Positions 37,733 to 48,128 of a stretch of DNA of 64,000 bases are shown here, one piece after another (position 1 is the stretch's first letter; every line of letters begins with the position of its first letter). Origin of the DNA: a virus. Where the stretch lies: the IMG/VR virus record IMGVR_UViG_3300042904_000107, positions 1-64,000 of that record. One strand, written 5' to 3'. The notes beneath the pieces are model-generated. The model was not told the DNA's origin. It saw nothing but the letters and a program-made list of their open reading frames with translations, and did no database searches. A program made the translations under genes and the position numbers.

Positions 37733-39247
37733 TCATACGTCTCTAGACCATGAGGCGCCGACCACTCGCTTTCCGTAATCGGTTGTCCCAACTCTTTCTC
37801 GGATGTAAGTCAGACTGTACTCGTTGGTCAACACCCCGTCCAGGAAAACAGTGACGAGGTGGTCGCCAAAATGATTGATGAACGGATCGATGAGCGACGA
37901 CACAGTGTGGAACTTCTTGTCATTGCCGTTCTGAAAAACGACTTTGTGGACACCGCGCTTACTGCCCTTACCCTTATCACCGACTGGGTCTTTGTACACA
38001 TCGTACCAGACGCCGTTGATTCGGATCGCGGAGCACTTGAAGGCGAACTTCAACGTGTCGCGGTCGACGCCTTGCAGCAACTTACCACCCATCCCGAAAC
38101 AAGCCATGTTGTCGATTGACCAACCAGCATCAGTGATTGCCCGACACAGAGCGCGGATGGTGTGAATGTTCATACCATCACCCTGAAGGAGCCGAACGAA
38201 CTGCGGTAGCACTTTGTAGCCCTTGCGGTTCGTCTCATAGCCGAAGCGATCACCGAGGATTTCAAGCAACTTCAAGATGGTTGGGATGATTTCACCGGAG
38301 TCGGGGCGAACGACAACCGTACCATTTCGCGATGCGACTTCCGCTTTCAATTCGCGTCCGAAGATTTCGCTACAGGCATTGAAAATGTCGTAGCTGTCCG
38401 AGACAATCGAAACGATGCCCGTCGGATAGCTTTGGAGCATGTTCGCGTAGGCTTGTGCCTCTCTGTCGCGACCCCATGAGGTGATTGTCGAGTGCTCGGC
38501 TGCCGGCACACTGAAACCAGGCATCGAATCGGGACGGTAATACTTCAGAGCGAGAGACAATCCGACCATTGTGTCGGTACCTCTGAAATTTACCATATGT
38601 GCTGCGGCACCGATTGCGGCAGATTCACGAGACGTTGAGCCGCGTGAACCGAAGTCTTGAAGCATGAAGACCAGTTTGCCTTCGAGAGTTTCGGGATCTC
38701 CGCTAAGTTCGAGGTACTCGCGAATGATATCCTTGATCTCAGCGCTCAATGACGCCACGGTGATTGGATACCACAAGCGCATAAGCATAGTCTCAACATA
38801 GTTGACTAGCCAGTAGCACTTCGGATCCGTATTCACTACCGTGACCAATGCATTGTGTGTTCCGATTCGCGTGCCTTCCGGAATCGCCTTGATGAGCAAC
38901 GGAAGGTGCCCACCGTGATGGTCGACAATGTAGCGCCAGCCTTCTTCGTTGAAGTTTCGCGGATCTCCGCCCATGTGCTCCACGATCATGAGTTTTGCCA
39001 CGTCGATCATTTCGTGGGTCACGACCGGTCCGGTCAGATACTTCTTGATGATGTACTGGAGTCCAAACATCACCGTCTTATCGAACTGACCGCCGCGCGA
39101 TTCGAGGTAGCTGTAGACGTATTCGGTGTCCGGAGGATATTGCATCCAGTGGCTCGTTTTGTACGAGTCGCTGTCCAGGATCACGTTGAATAGGAGATCG
39201 TCTGGAAGATTCTCTAATTGTTGAAGACTTGTTAATGGGAGCGTCAT
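37733..39247 (-). CDS. nadV: nicotinamide phosphoribosyltransferase
   Basis: DSYKTSH, DFGSRG, GTDT, PAAEHS, SIVSDSYD, RPDSG, QGDG. Confidence 0.95.
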   Translation of the reverse strand: MTLPLTSLQQLENLPDDLLFNVILDSDSYKTSHWMQYPPDTEYVYSYLESRGGQFDKTVMFGLQYIIKKYLTGPVVTHEMIDVAKLMIVEHMGGDPRNFNEEGWRYIVDHHGGHLPLLIKAIPEGTRIGTHNALVTVVNTDPKCYWLVNYVETMLMRLWYPITVASLSAEIKDIIREYLELSGDPETLEGKLVFMLQDFGSRGSTSRESAAIGAAAHMVNFRGTDTMVGLSLALKYYRPDSMPGFSVPAAEHSTITSWGRDREAQAYANMLQSYPTGIVSIVSDSYDIFNACSEIFGRELKAEVASRNGTVVVRPDSGEIIPTILKLLEILGDRFGYETNRKGYKVLPQFVRLLQGDGMNIHTIRALCRAITDAGWSIDNMACFGMGGKLLQGVDRDTLKFAFKCSAIRINGVWYDVYKDPVGDKGKGSKRGVHKVVFQNGNDKKFHTVSSLIDPFINHFGDHLVTVFLDGVLTNEYSLTYIRERVGTTDYGKRVVGASWSRDV

Positions 39248-40332
39248 AATTTATCCGACCAGGTCCCTTTATCCAGTCCTTCTAGGGACATTTTTGTGTC
39301 TGACCAGTTTACGTTTTCAGCCGGAACAGGTCCCGCATAGACCTTCTTTCCGTCTACATGGTTGAAAGAGAACTTACGGACATCGGTGTACTCGGAAGTC
39401 ACTTCACCGTGATTCTCATCGCCGCGAAGGCTGTACTTACGGAGTAATGCGTCAAGCAGCACGTGATGCTCCTTCACGATCATTGCTTCCTCAAGCAGCA
39501 CCATATCGAACCACTTGACTTCATCCACGTCGTCGCCGGCTCTGACGGGTCCGCTCAGATAGTGACCAACATAGAAGATGGTGTAAGCCCCGTCTTTTGT
39601 GCCGTTATATCGCCAGTCATCGATGGGAGTGTCATCAACATACTCCATTTCACCGATGGTGCAACCGGCTTCTTCGGTCACTTCACGCACACCGGCGTGC
39701 TTCGCTTTCTCTCCAGGGTTCACGTGTCCCCCGAAAAAGCGCCACTGACCTTCGGGATCTTCTTTCTTTCGGCCGAGTAGAACTCGCGCGGCTTTTCTGA
39801 AATCGACGACCGCGACGTCCACGCAGAGAGCATGTGATGGATATTTGTTTGCCGTGGCATAGATGACACCTCGACGGAAATCTTCCGATGGCCGTACGGT
39901 GTGATATGCCTGTTTGCGCGCCAAAGTGGCGTTGATTCCGTGAATCTCGTCCAATTCGGCGGTCTGAAACCGACCTGTGTAGTGTGTGATGAAGGAATCG
40001 CGGCTGCCGTAGAGCACCACTTTTTCGTGTGGATGTAACAAACGAATCATTCGGTCGAGATTGTGGGACCAAAGATCGTCGCTCCGAACGTCATTGATTG
40101 CCAACACTTCAACACCAGGGTAGGTGTCTTGTAACATCCGATAGCGCGTGGCGAAATCAAGCGGATTCTTGACAGTCGGAACAACATTCGCAACACCGAG
40201 CACGATGGCGAACTTGTTATGTCTTGCCGCGACCGAATCAATCAATTCGCGGTGTCCTTCTGTCAGATAGGGTGTCTGGAATCTGGCAACAATAACACCT
40301 AAGTCGCCCTCCGGGCCTCTCAAATTGAGCAT
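39244..40332 (-). CDS. bifunctional NMN adenylyltransferase / Nudix ADP-ribose pyrophosphatase (NadM-Nudix/NatV-like)
   Basis: VARFQ...GH, KNPL, Nudix GGHV.PGE....A..REV.EEAG, AGDD. Confidence 0.9.
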   Translation of the reverse strand: MLNLRGPEGDLGVIVARFQTPYLTEGHRELIDSVAARHNKFAIVLGVANVVPTVKNPLDFATRYRMLQDTYPGVEVLAINDVRSDDLWSHNLDRMIRLLHPHEKVVLYGSRDSFITHYTGRFQTAELDEIHGINATLARKQAYHTVRPSEDFRRGVIYATANKYPSHALCVDVAVVDFRKAARVLLGRKKEDPEGQWRFFGGHVNPGEKAKHAGVREVTEEAGCTIGEMEYVDDTPIDDWRYNGTKDGAYTIFYVGHYLSGPVRAGDDVDEVKWFDMVLLEEAMIVKEHHVLLDALLRKYSLRGDENHGEVTSEYTDVRKFSFNHVDGKKVYAGPVPAENVNWSDTKMSLEGLDKGTWSDKL

Positions 40333-40697
40333 AATAATCCTTAGAAAGATTCAACTGTTGGCGCACCGTTAAAGGTGACTACCAAACCTGTATGAAGCAG
40401 GTAGGTATTGTACGCAGCCAATAAAAGCGTTGTAATCACCAAGACGAACAAAACCTTTTGAGTCATTCGATCCTCAGAATAAGGCATTTTCGACAGTGAG
40501 CACCACCGTCTCTAACTCCTCGTCAACCTCTTCAATCGCTGGTGTACCCAACGACAATGCGCCGTCCAAGTACTCAATGCGGATCCTGTGTAATTCCGAC
40601 TTTACAACTCGGAGCGTCTCGCGGAGATTCTCGTTCTCCTGCTCTAGCTCCAGAACATCTGTCAACTGCCTTGCCATGTAATATCTAGTGAAATTCT

Positions 40698-40726
40698 AAT
40701 GTAACATATGCGGCCTAGAAAGTCAA
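40698..40726 (-). promoter_or_regulatory. sigma70-type promoter
   Basis: TTGACT-17-TACATT with TG. Confidence 0.6.
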
Positions 40727-40906
40727 GTTAGGCCACAACTTTTTCTTGGTGCGCTCTGGCAACAAACACAATCACTCCAGAGGTCGTTTCGATAACATGA
40801 CATGGGTGATTCCATTTTGCCAAAGACCTCGCCTCGTGTAGTGCCTTCGGAAGGTCAGTGGGATCGCCCTTCTTTTCACCGGTAAGAGTAAAAAAGACTT
40901 GATATG

Positions 40907-41557
40907 TCATGCTGTTTTCCATTTATGTGCAGGAATGTAGGTACCACTCAGACGTGAAAGCATGTTTTTATTGGTACCGTAAAGATGAAATTCCGGACTA
41001 CGGGTTAGACGAACAATTTCTTTGTGGCTAAGTTCACGCCGGCGCTCTTTCGTCTCGGTGTGGTATCGTACCTCACCGACGGGCTCAAACTTACCAGTCT
41101 CTTTGTTCCGTTCATGTTGTCGATCACCGACTTGCTTCGTTTCAATCCAGTGTTCGTACCAGTCACCGTGTTCGTCTTTGACAAACCAATGTCCGTCTTC
41201 AGTGGACACGTAGTTGATCTCGCGCTCCCACGGGCGAGGTTGGTACCAACCGCCGTAGCGGGTCGAGTCCTTCTGATATTGGAGAATTCCGTTGGTCGGG
41301 TGTACGTAGAGTCCACGCACAGGGTAATCCGCAGCACGACGATAGGAACGTACTTGGTAGACCTTTCCGTCCTCACCGATATAGCATTCCTTCTCTACGG
41401 TCCAATCAATGCGTCTCCGCAATTCGTATCCGTCTTTAGACCGCAAATCGGCCATGGAACAGAGTTCACTATAAACCTTGTCCCATGGCCGACCGACTTG
41501 AGATTCGAGATACCGGCTAAGAGTTGCGCCCCTCAGAAGATCTCGGATGTTTTTCAT
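40907..41557 (-). CDS. conserved hypothetical protein
   Basis: 216 aa; YLESQVGRPWDKVYSE, LYVHP..G.L. Confidence 0.7.
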   Translation of the reverse strand: MKNIRDLLRGATLSRYLESQVGRPWDKVYSELCSMADLRSKDGYELRRRIDWTVEKECYIGEDGKVYQVRSYRRAADYPVRGLYVHPTNGILQYQKDSTRYGGWYQPRPWEREINYVSTEDGHWFVKDEHGDWYEHWIETKQVGDRQHERNKETGKFEPVGEVRYHTETKERRRELSHKEIVRLTRSPEFHLYGTNKNMLSRLSGTYIPAHKWKTA

Positions 41558-41728
41558 TGTGCTCCGTGGAAATACCGAAGTGTGTTTCGGAGTGATTTTA
41601 AATCGTCTTTGGTTTCCGCTTTTCTTGACCGAGCGGCTGTTCTCAAAACGTTACGCGCGGCAATATGTAATGCGTTGCCGAATTCTAGGCGCGTAGTTTG
41701 AAAAATCTTTATTGCTGCTTGAAGGTTC

Positions 41729-41757
41729 ATTCTATCTCGGATTTATTAAATTGTCAA
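41729..41757 (-). promoter_or_regulatory. sigma70-type promoter
   Basis: TTGACA-17-TAGAAT. Confidence 0.7.
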
Positions 41758-41956
41758 GGCCTAGATTTTACGCCAACCGGCCTTCGTCACTTCATAAATG
41801 GTATCGGACATTTCAATTCGAGCACCGATTCTAGTATCTCGCGTTTGCAGGAACTCTTGTTCGCGGCGTATCTTAGGATTTTTGAACTTTTCCCAAGGCT
41901 TTACATCATTGAGTTCTACTGTTCCTTCAATGGTACTATTTTCTTCATGCATAATG

Positions 41957-42373
41957 TTAAACGGTATCCCTGTGGGGTTTTCCAATATTGTATTTGGGGA
42001 TCAACTCCCATTCACCCTTCTCTTTGAATGGTAGGATTTTAATTTGGTTTATAGGTGCGGTTGGGTATGTGGCCGCTGAGTGCGGGACATTCGCGAGTGT
42101 TACTAAACCCCATTCCGCTAGAAGATTTGCAATCGTATTTCGGCGGGCTCTATCGTCATCTGAAAAGTTAGCCGGCTTACCATCTAAAAGGAACAATTCC
42201 TTAAAGTGTACGATATAATATTTCGCCTGCTTATGCAGGATGTGGCACGACTGGTAAAGCTTCTTTTCTTTTCTTGAGGCAATTCCAATTCTTGTCAGTG
42301 TTTCGCGGACTTTCAAAAAGTCATCGTCCGCAGCCAGACGCACCTCAATCAAATCATTAATGGACAAACTCAT
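41957..42373 (-). CDS. regA: RegA translational repressor
   Basis: DFLKVRETLTRIGIA, LYQSCHILHK..YYIVHFKELF.LDG, W.L.PKYNIG. Confidence 0.97.
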   Translation of the reverse strand: MSLSINDLIEVRLAADDDFLKVRETLTRIGIASRKEKKLYQSCHILHKQAKYYIVHFKELFLLDGKPANFSDDDRARRNTIANLLAEWGLVTLANVPHSAATYPTAPINQIKILPFKEKGEWELIPKYNIGKPHRDTV

Positions 42374-42375
42374 TA

Positions 42376-42798
42376 TCAGGTCTCCTTGTTTTTCTTCTTG
42401 GCAAGACCACCTTTACGAAGGCGAGCCTTGATGTATTCTACGTCTTCAGGAGAAAGTATTTCGAGGGCCGTACGGGCTTTCTTATTCGAATAACCGTAAT
42501 ATTCCTTCACAATCTCCAGGTGCTCAGGATTCTCAGTTTTGATTCCCTTTCCAAAACGCGACTTCTTCGGTACACCGTGCAAGTAGAATTCATATTGCGG
42601 TCTGCCATCAAGCGACGACCGCATATTCATCTCCTGTGCGTAAAAAACGGTGTCAGGAAAATAACTAAGCACTCTGTTGATTATGTATGTTAGTTTCTTG
42701 TAGTCTTTTTCGGACTGCTCCGGATCTATGTCCGGAGACTTCATCAGGTTGTTTTTGTTTCGGTTGATGGAATTGAGAAATTCACCAAGTTCCGGCAT
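42376..42798 (-). CDS. 62: clamp loader small subunit gp62
   Basis: LNSIN..K, YIINR.LS.F.D, YYGYS..KA; upstream of regA. Confidence 0.88.
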   Translation of the reverse strand: MPELGEFLNSINRNKNNLMKSPDIDPEQSEKDYKKLTYIINRVLSYFPDTVFYAQEMNMRSSLDGRPQYEFYLHGVPKKSRFGKGIKTENPEHLEIVKEYYGYSNKKARTALEILSPEDVEYIKARLRKGGLAKKKNKET

Positions 42799-43247
42799 AA
42801 TGTATGCGCCTCTCGCGCTTCGTTTCTCACTCGTACTAGTCCGCAGGTGCAACAGTCGGTATAGTACTGGTCGCAATCTTGCAGATGGGTACGGTACATG
42901 TCCAAGGAGTTTGCTGCATTTAAGAGGCGGACCACCGCCTCTCTTTCTTCAGAGGTCATAAATTTCCCGTATAACTTCACGGTTGATTTCCCGTTGAAGT
43001 TCCTCAAAGAATATCTCACCGATCTCCTGAGCACTTCGCATCTTTTCTGGATCGAAAACTTCTATGGAACTTGCCCAAACTGTTTTACCATCTATAGTAA
43101 CATATCTGTGACCAGCTTGCGGTGGTTTAGTCAGGAAACCTTCAATGGAGTAAATTGTGGATCCAATTCCAAGTGTCTCAACAACCGTGACTGATACCTT
43201 AATATGTTTTTCAAACCACTCTTGAACTTCTTGGAAGTTGTCAAAGG

Positions 43248-44195
43248 TCATTTTACCTTAAAATCCTCTTCCGACATTACCTGTGTGAGAAATGCCAGTA
43301 ATGTGATTTCCTGGTCGAGAGAACGAGAAGCGCGATCCAAGTAGTCACCGAGAATCAACACGAATTGTGGAATGAACCCGGAGTCGAAATGATCGTACAT
43401 AACATCAAACAACTGCCGATAGATGCGCGTCGGTTCGTTATCCGAGTTATTCGCGACCCATTTTCGAACCTCACCGAAGTTTTTGGTCTTCATCGCTTCA
43501 AGGAGCGCTTTGATTGGGATTTCATCTAAACTGGATAGAATACCAGCATCAATCTGACCAACTTGTGCGTACTTCTGAAGATGGTTAAGAATCGCTCGAA
43601 AATCAGGAAAGTACTTCGCTACCAACTTCGCAATTACCTTCTCATCAAACGGAATTTTCTCCGCCTTTAGGATCGAAACGATACGCTTATGGAAGGTCAT
43701 TGCCATCGGCTTCTTGTCTTCCTTCGTCGGTTTAAATTCGACAGTAGGACAACGAGATTCGCGAATAGCCTCGATGATTTGATTAGGATAGTTGCAAGTC
43801 AGGATAAACGAACAATTCCCCGCAAATTCTTCAATAAATGGACGGAGAGCTTGCTGAGTGAGTTTCGTAAGTCCGTCAGCTTCGTCCAAAATAACAACTT
43901 TGCGTCCGCCAGTAATGGAGATAGTAGATGCAAAGCCACGAATATCTGTACGGAGAGTATCAATATTACCATTTTCAGAGGCATTGATTACCAAGAAGTC
44001 TGCGTCCAACTCTTCGCAGAGTGCCTTTGCAATTGTGGTCTTACCGATACCTGGCCCACCGGCCAGCGTCATGTTGGGGATAAAACCTTTGTCTCTGTAG
44101 GATTCGAAAATCGACTTGAGTTCTGTTGGAAGGATGCAATCTTCGATCTTGTGCGGGCGGTACTTTTCCACCCAAAGGATGTGTTCACGAACCAT
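43248..44195 (-). CDS. 44: clamp loader large subunit gp44
   Basis: LWVEKYRP, GPGIGKTT, ILDEAD, SRC, FPDFR. Confidence 0.95.
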   Translation of the reverse strand: MVREHILWVEKYRPHKIEDCILPTELKSIFESYRDKGFIPNMTLAGGPGIGKTTIAKALCEELDADFLVINASENGNIDTLRTDIRGFASTISITGGRKVVILDEADGLTKLTQQALRPFIEEFAGNCSFILTCNYPNQIIEAIRESRCPTVEFKPTKEDKKPMAMTFHKRIVSILKAEKIPFDEKVIAKLVAKYFPDFRAILNHLQKYAQVGQIDAGILSSLDEIPIKALLEAMKTKNFGEVRKWVANNSDNEPTRIYRQLFDVMYDHFDSGFIPQFVLILGDYLDRASRSLDQEITLLAFLTQVMSEEDFKVK

Positions 44196-44518
44196 TAATC
44201 ACCTATTATATCACGAAAGAGGATGGTACTATTGAGAAACTACGTCTAGGCGGGTGCCGTGGTTTTGACCTTGATAGTATGTCTTACCGAAGCAGACGCT
44301 ACAAACGCCGCAATAAAAGCGTGGCATTCGAATCATCTGTTTTCCGCCAATAAGATCTAAGAAGCGCTTGACATTGAAGGGTAGCACAACTGGCTTACCA
44401 TCTTCAGCTTGCGTTTCGGTGTCGATTGCCAGGAACTGAACCATTGTACGCGGTTTCGCGCAATGCTGGCAATGCAACTTGGTATTCTTACGTTTATTGG
44501 ATGTGGGCATGGAGGAGT

Positions 44519-44594
44519 TGGTAGCCCGTAACGGAGTCGAACCGATATCTCGTGGCTGAGAACCACGCCGCCTAAACCATTAGCAGAACGGGCC
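44519..44594 (-). tRNA. tRNA-Glu(CTC)
   Basis: CGTGG-TTCTCAG-CCACG, CCA. Confidence 0.88.
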
Positions 44595-44603
44595 TAAAAT
44601 ATG

Positions 44604-44681
44604 TGGTAGGGATGGCGGGGATCGAACCCGCATTTCGGGATTGAAAGTCCCGCTGCCTGACCAATTAGCGATGACATCCCC
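44604..44681 (-). tRNA. tRNA-Glu(TTC)
   Basis: CGGGA-CTTTCAA-TCCCG, CCA. Confidence 0.88.
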
Positions 44682-44962
44682 ACGAGGTTAGTCTAACTGT
44701 AGCTGGTATGCCTTTTCGAGCGCTTCCTTGTTATCGGCATACTGATTCTTCAACACCGACAACTCAGCCGTGCCGTCTGCAAGTTCTTCCTGAAGCCGCT
44801 TATTTTCACTGTGGCGCTTAATCGCCACACCACGAAGCCGAAGCATTTCGAACATACGCTTGGCAATCTCATCAGCACCAAAGAAAAGGGTGAAAAGCCA
44901 CTGTCTCATTATATAGTATCCTTTATTTGAGTTAAATACTCCGGAGGGATTACTCCCTCATT

Positions 44963-45655
44963 TTAGCCGTCGTAGCGCGAACTGTTCGCCTCAAGCAGGA
45001 CGTGATATGTCAATGGCATATCCTTGTGCTTAAATCGGCTCAATCCTTCTTTGCTCACCGCAACGTCATATGTGCCGGCGATAAGCTTCAGGTATTCAAT
45101 TTTCCAAACGAACGAGAATGTCGCCTCAGGTGCCTCACCGATTGCGAGACTGGTCGTATTTGTGCTGGAGTTCTTTGTGTCCAGTGTGACAAGGCTCAAA
45201 GTCTCACCGTCACTCTCAAGCGCCAACTCAGGTGTTCCAAGAGTGCGCGCCATGTTAGTGATTGCCTTGAAATTCGCCTCAGTCAGAACAAATTCCACTT
45301 CTGTGCTCGGAAGCTCAATCTTACGCTTCGGATCCGGTGTGTACGCCAATGAATCATCGCCGTAATGATACTTCACTGCCAATCCACCGGATTCATCGGA
45401 TAGCTTCACATAAGCATCATCCTCTTCGAAGTTCAGGGTTGGTTTATCGAATTGCGTCACCACAGCTAGAAACTGGTTCAAGTCGTAGATGGTGAAATTT
45501 CGCGGGAACTTCTCCGATACTTCCACATCTGCGTATGTATGCTTCTTTACGCTTCTGGTAACGAGTGTCTTTCCTCTAGGGAACAATAATGTTTGATTGA
45601 TGCTGGCGAGATTCTTGAGAACCTCCAGCGTTGCTGGCGTCAGTAGTAGACTCAT
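44963..45655 (-). CDS. 45: sliding clamp gp45
   Basis: TL.VLKN.ASINQ, FTIYDLNQFL, G.YDV.VS, LEANS. Confidence 0.93.
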   Translation of the reverse strand: MSLLLTPATLEVLKNLASINQTLLFPRGKTLVTRSVKKHTYADVEVSEKFPRNFTIYDLNQFLAVVTQFDKPTLNFEEDDAYVKLSDESGGLAVKYHYGDDSLAYTPDPKRKIELPSTEVEFVLTEANFKAITNMARTLGTPELALESDGETLSLVTLDTKNSSTNTTSLAIGEAPEATFSFVWKIEYLKLIAGTYDVAVSKEGLSRFKHKDMPLTYHVLLEANSSRYDG

Positions 45656-46069
45656 TCTTTTCCTTTTCAAGTTTCACGAAATAACGAAGCTGGAGCGAAG
45701 TGTTCAGGGCAGCGTTATAGACTTCGATCAATGCACGTAAAATTGACTCGATTTCATGCGTCAGAACGCGCTGGCCGCTTCTCTCTTCGATCAATTGACG
45801 CACATTGACTAGAACATCTAACGAACCCTTATAAGCTGATTCTAGCGCATTTGGCTCAAGTTCTCCATTATTACGCAGATGGATATCTGCAATTAAAAAC
45901 GTTTTAACCTGGGACCTAACCGAATCAGGAAACTGGATCTTTTCTAGATCTTCTAGAACCAGTTGCCATCCATTCTTTGTTTTCGGTTGGTCACCAATGT
46001 CGAACATACCCATTGGTGCTGCCTCAATTTTTGTGGGGATTGGTACTACAGAATTTGTACTATGCTTCT

Positions 46070-46098
46070 AGTATATCACGGCCACCGCGGTATGTCAA
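46070..46098 (-). promoter_or_regulatory. sigma70-type promoter
   Basis: TTGACA-17-TATACT with TG. Confidence 0.75.
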
Positions 46099-46321
46099 GC
46101 TAGACCAAAATAGATTTTGGCTTTCACACGACTGGTATGGCCAACGTGCCAGAACCCGCAGAACGGACAAGGATACACATCAAAAGCCTCACCAGGTTTA
46201 TCCTGCTCTAGTGAGTATGCGGATCTTGTTGCCAGTTTTGGGACTGGGTATTGGATCTTACCCACACAAGACTTTTCAAATCCTGAGCGAGTGGCCCAAT
46301 CCCAGTCCTCATCCCAGTTAA

Positions 46322-47605
46322 TTACCACGGACGAAGTGTTTTTCCGGAAGCAGTAGCGTGGTGAGGTAGAGTAGGTTTATCCTCATTATCCGGTCCATCT
46401 TTTGCGGTCGCGTCAATCTTGGTGTACATTTCCAAGAAGGCGGACTGTGTGTTTTCATCGAATCGGGCAATTGCCAGCTTGAGGGCTTTCAAGCGATTAC
46501 GTCCGAAGATGCTGTAGCCCTTGATAATGTGGATCAAACGGCCGGTGGTGATAGTCTCATCGACACCGCCGTCCTTATGAGTCAGGCGAATGTTTTCTGC
46601 CCACTGGCAGAGCGGCTCGGCGAATTCCGAATCGGCGATCCCAAACTGCTTGAGGTTATTGTTGAGGATTCTCACCTCGATGCGCTTTTCAGGATAACTA
46701 TGTTCGAATGTTGCACCGGTCAGACGCTCTAAAAGAGCGTCATTCATGACGTTTGTTCCGATGTACTTCCCGTCTTCACTGCCGCGACCCTTGGTGTTCG
46801 CTGTGGCAGCAATGTTGAAGCCAGGTCTCGGGTATACCCACCGATTCAGCTTCTTAATGAAGATTCCGTTTCCTTCATAGACGGGCTGAAGGCACATGAT
46901 CTTGTTCGATCCTAGGTCGATTTCATCCAACATAAGAAGGCCGCCTTCGGGATCTTCCATCGCTTTGATAACCGGACCGTCTTCCCAGACAGTCTCACCG
47001 TTGATGAGACGGAAACCACCGATGAGGTCGGATTCGTCAGTCTCGATGGTGATGTTGACGCGATAGAGATTCCGCTTCAGTTCAGCGCACGCCTGGAGAA
47101 TACTCTCCGTCTTACCCGACCGGGTCGGTCCCGTTGAAAGAAACGGAAAGAACAGGCGGGACTTGATGATATCGTAAATGTCCTCGTAAGAGCCGAACGG
47201 AACGAAAGTCGGATTCGGCTTCGGGACCAGCCCGCTATCAGCCGGAACAATCGTGGGAGTAGTGTTCAGTTGTGGTTTTGCCGGCATCTGAATGACCTTA
47301 ACGTCGGTATCTTCGTCATCTTCCTCGGTGAAATCGTCTGGGTCTTCCTCGGGAGCGCCAGGAATCGGCGTTGACAGATCAACGCTCATTTCGGGATAAG
47401 GTAGCTTGTACTTACCGCGACCAAAATGGAATTCAGGGTCTTTAACCCAGGATTGACGTCCGAGTTTGTACTTCGCTCGGATCGCAAGCATCTCCTGGCG
47501 AGTGAAAAATGTTCGGTCGACTCCGTACTCCCTCTTTACCAGTTCAGTGAAGTGTTTCTGCTTGGCTTCGAGTTTGGAATTAACCTTAAGGGATGCAGTG
47601 GCCAT
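46322..47605 (-). CDS. CobS/MoxR-like AAA+ ATPase
   Basis: GPTRSGKT, ETDESDLIGG, LLMLDEID, ATANTKG. Confidence 0.9.
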   Translation of the reverse strand: MATASLKVNSKLEAKQKHFTELVKREYGVDRTFFTRQEMLAIRAKYKLGRQSWVKDPEFHFGRGKYKLPYPEMSVDLSTPIPGAPEEDPDDFTEEDDEDTDVKVIQMPAKPQLNTTPTIVPADSGLVPKPNPTFVPFGSYEDIYDIIKSRLFFPFLSTGPTRSGKTESILQACAELKRNLYRVNITIETDESDLIGGFRLINGETVWEDGPVIKAMEDPEGGLLMLDEIDLGSNKIMCLQPVYEGNGIFIKKLNRWVYPRPGFNIAATANTKGRGSEDGKYIGTNVMNDALLERLTGATFEHSYPEKRIEVRILNNNLKQFGIADSEFAEPLCQWAENIRLTHKDGGVDETITTGRLIHIIKGYSIFGRNRLKALKLAIARFDENTQSAFLEMYTKIDATAKDGPDNEDKPTLPHHATASGKTLRPW

Positions 47606-47643
47606 AAAACTCCTCCAGGAGCCTATGGCCCCTGAGAGTGGCG

Positions 47644-48045
47644 TTAGTCGCCACTCTCCACACTCCCAACCGTCTCGGCGGTCGGCTCCGGATCTTTCTT
47701 CGGCTTGGGAGACTTTTTCTTCGGCGTCTTCGGGACAGTCTTCGTCTTCGGTGCCTCTTCGGGTTCCTGTTCCGTCGGCCGCACCGGTGCGGCATCTTCC
47801 TGGACGAGCGGGAGCTTCGCGAGGACACTCAAATCGTACATACCGCGCGTCGTCCTGACGGACATATTGCGAGTGATCCACCGAGGCGCCGCCAATGTGC
47901 CCAGGAGTTCTCGTGCGGCCTTCTTCAGTTCCGCGCGTTTGACATTGTTGTGCGAATCCCCGAACCGCTCGATCAACTGGGTCAGGAAACGCTTCATTTT
48001 CGGAGTGAGCGCAGTCGGCTGGTGGGCCGGGTTGCCTTTTTTCAT
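47644..48045 (-). CDS. hypothetical protein
   Basis: 133-aa ORF downstream of promoter-like 48081-48109. Confidence 0.6.
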   Translation of the reverse strand: MKKGNPAHQPTALTPKMKRFLTQLIERFGDSHNNVKRAELKKAARELLGTLAAPRWITRNMSVRTTRGMYDLSVLAKLPLVQEDAAPVRPTEQEPEEAPKTKTVPKTPKKKSPKPKKDPEPTAETVGSVESGD

Positions 48046-48128
48046 TTTAAAACCCCTTTCAATTACTGCTTACAGATACAAGGGTACTAAATTGTGGCCC
48101 GAAAGTCAAGCGATTTTAGGCCTTTTTA

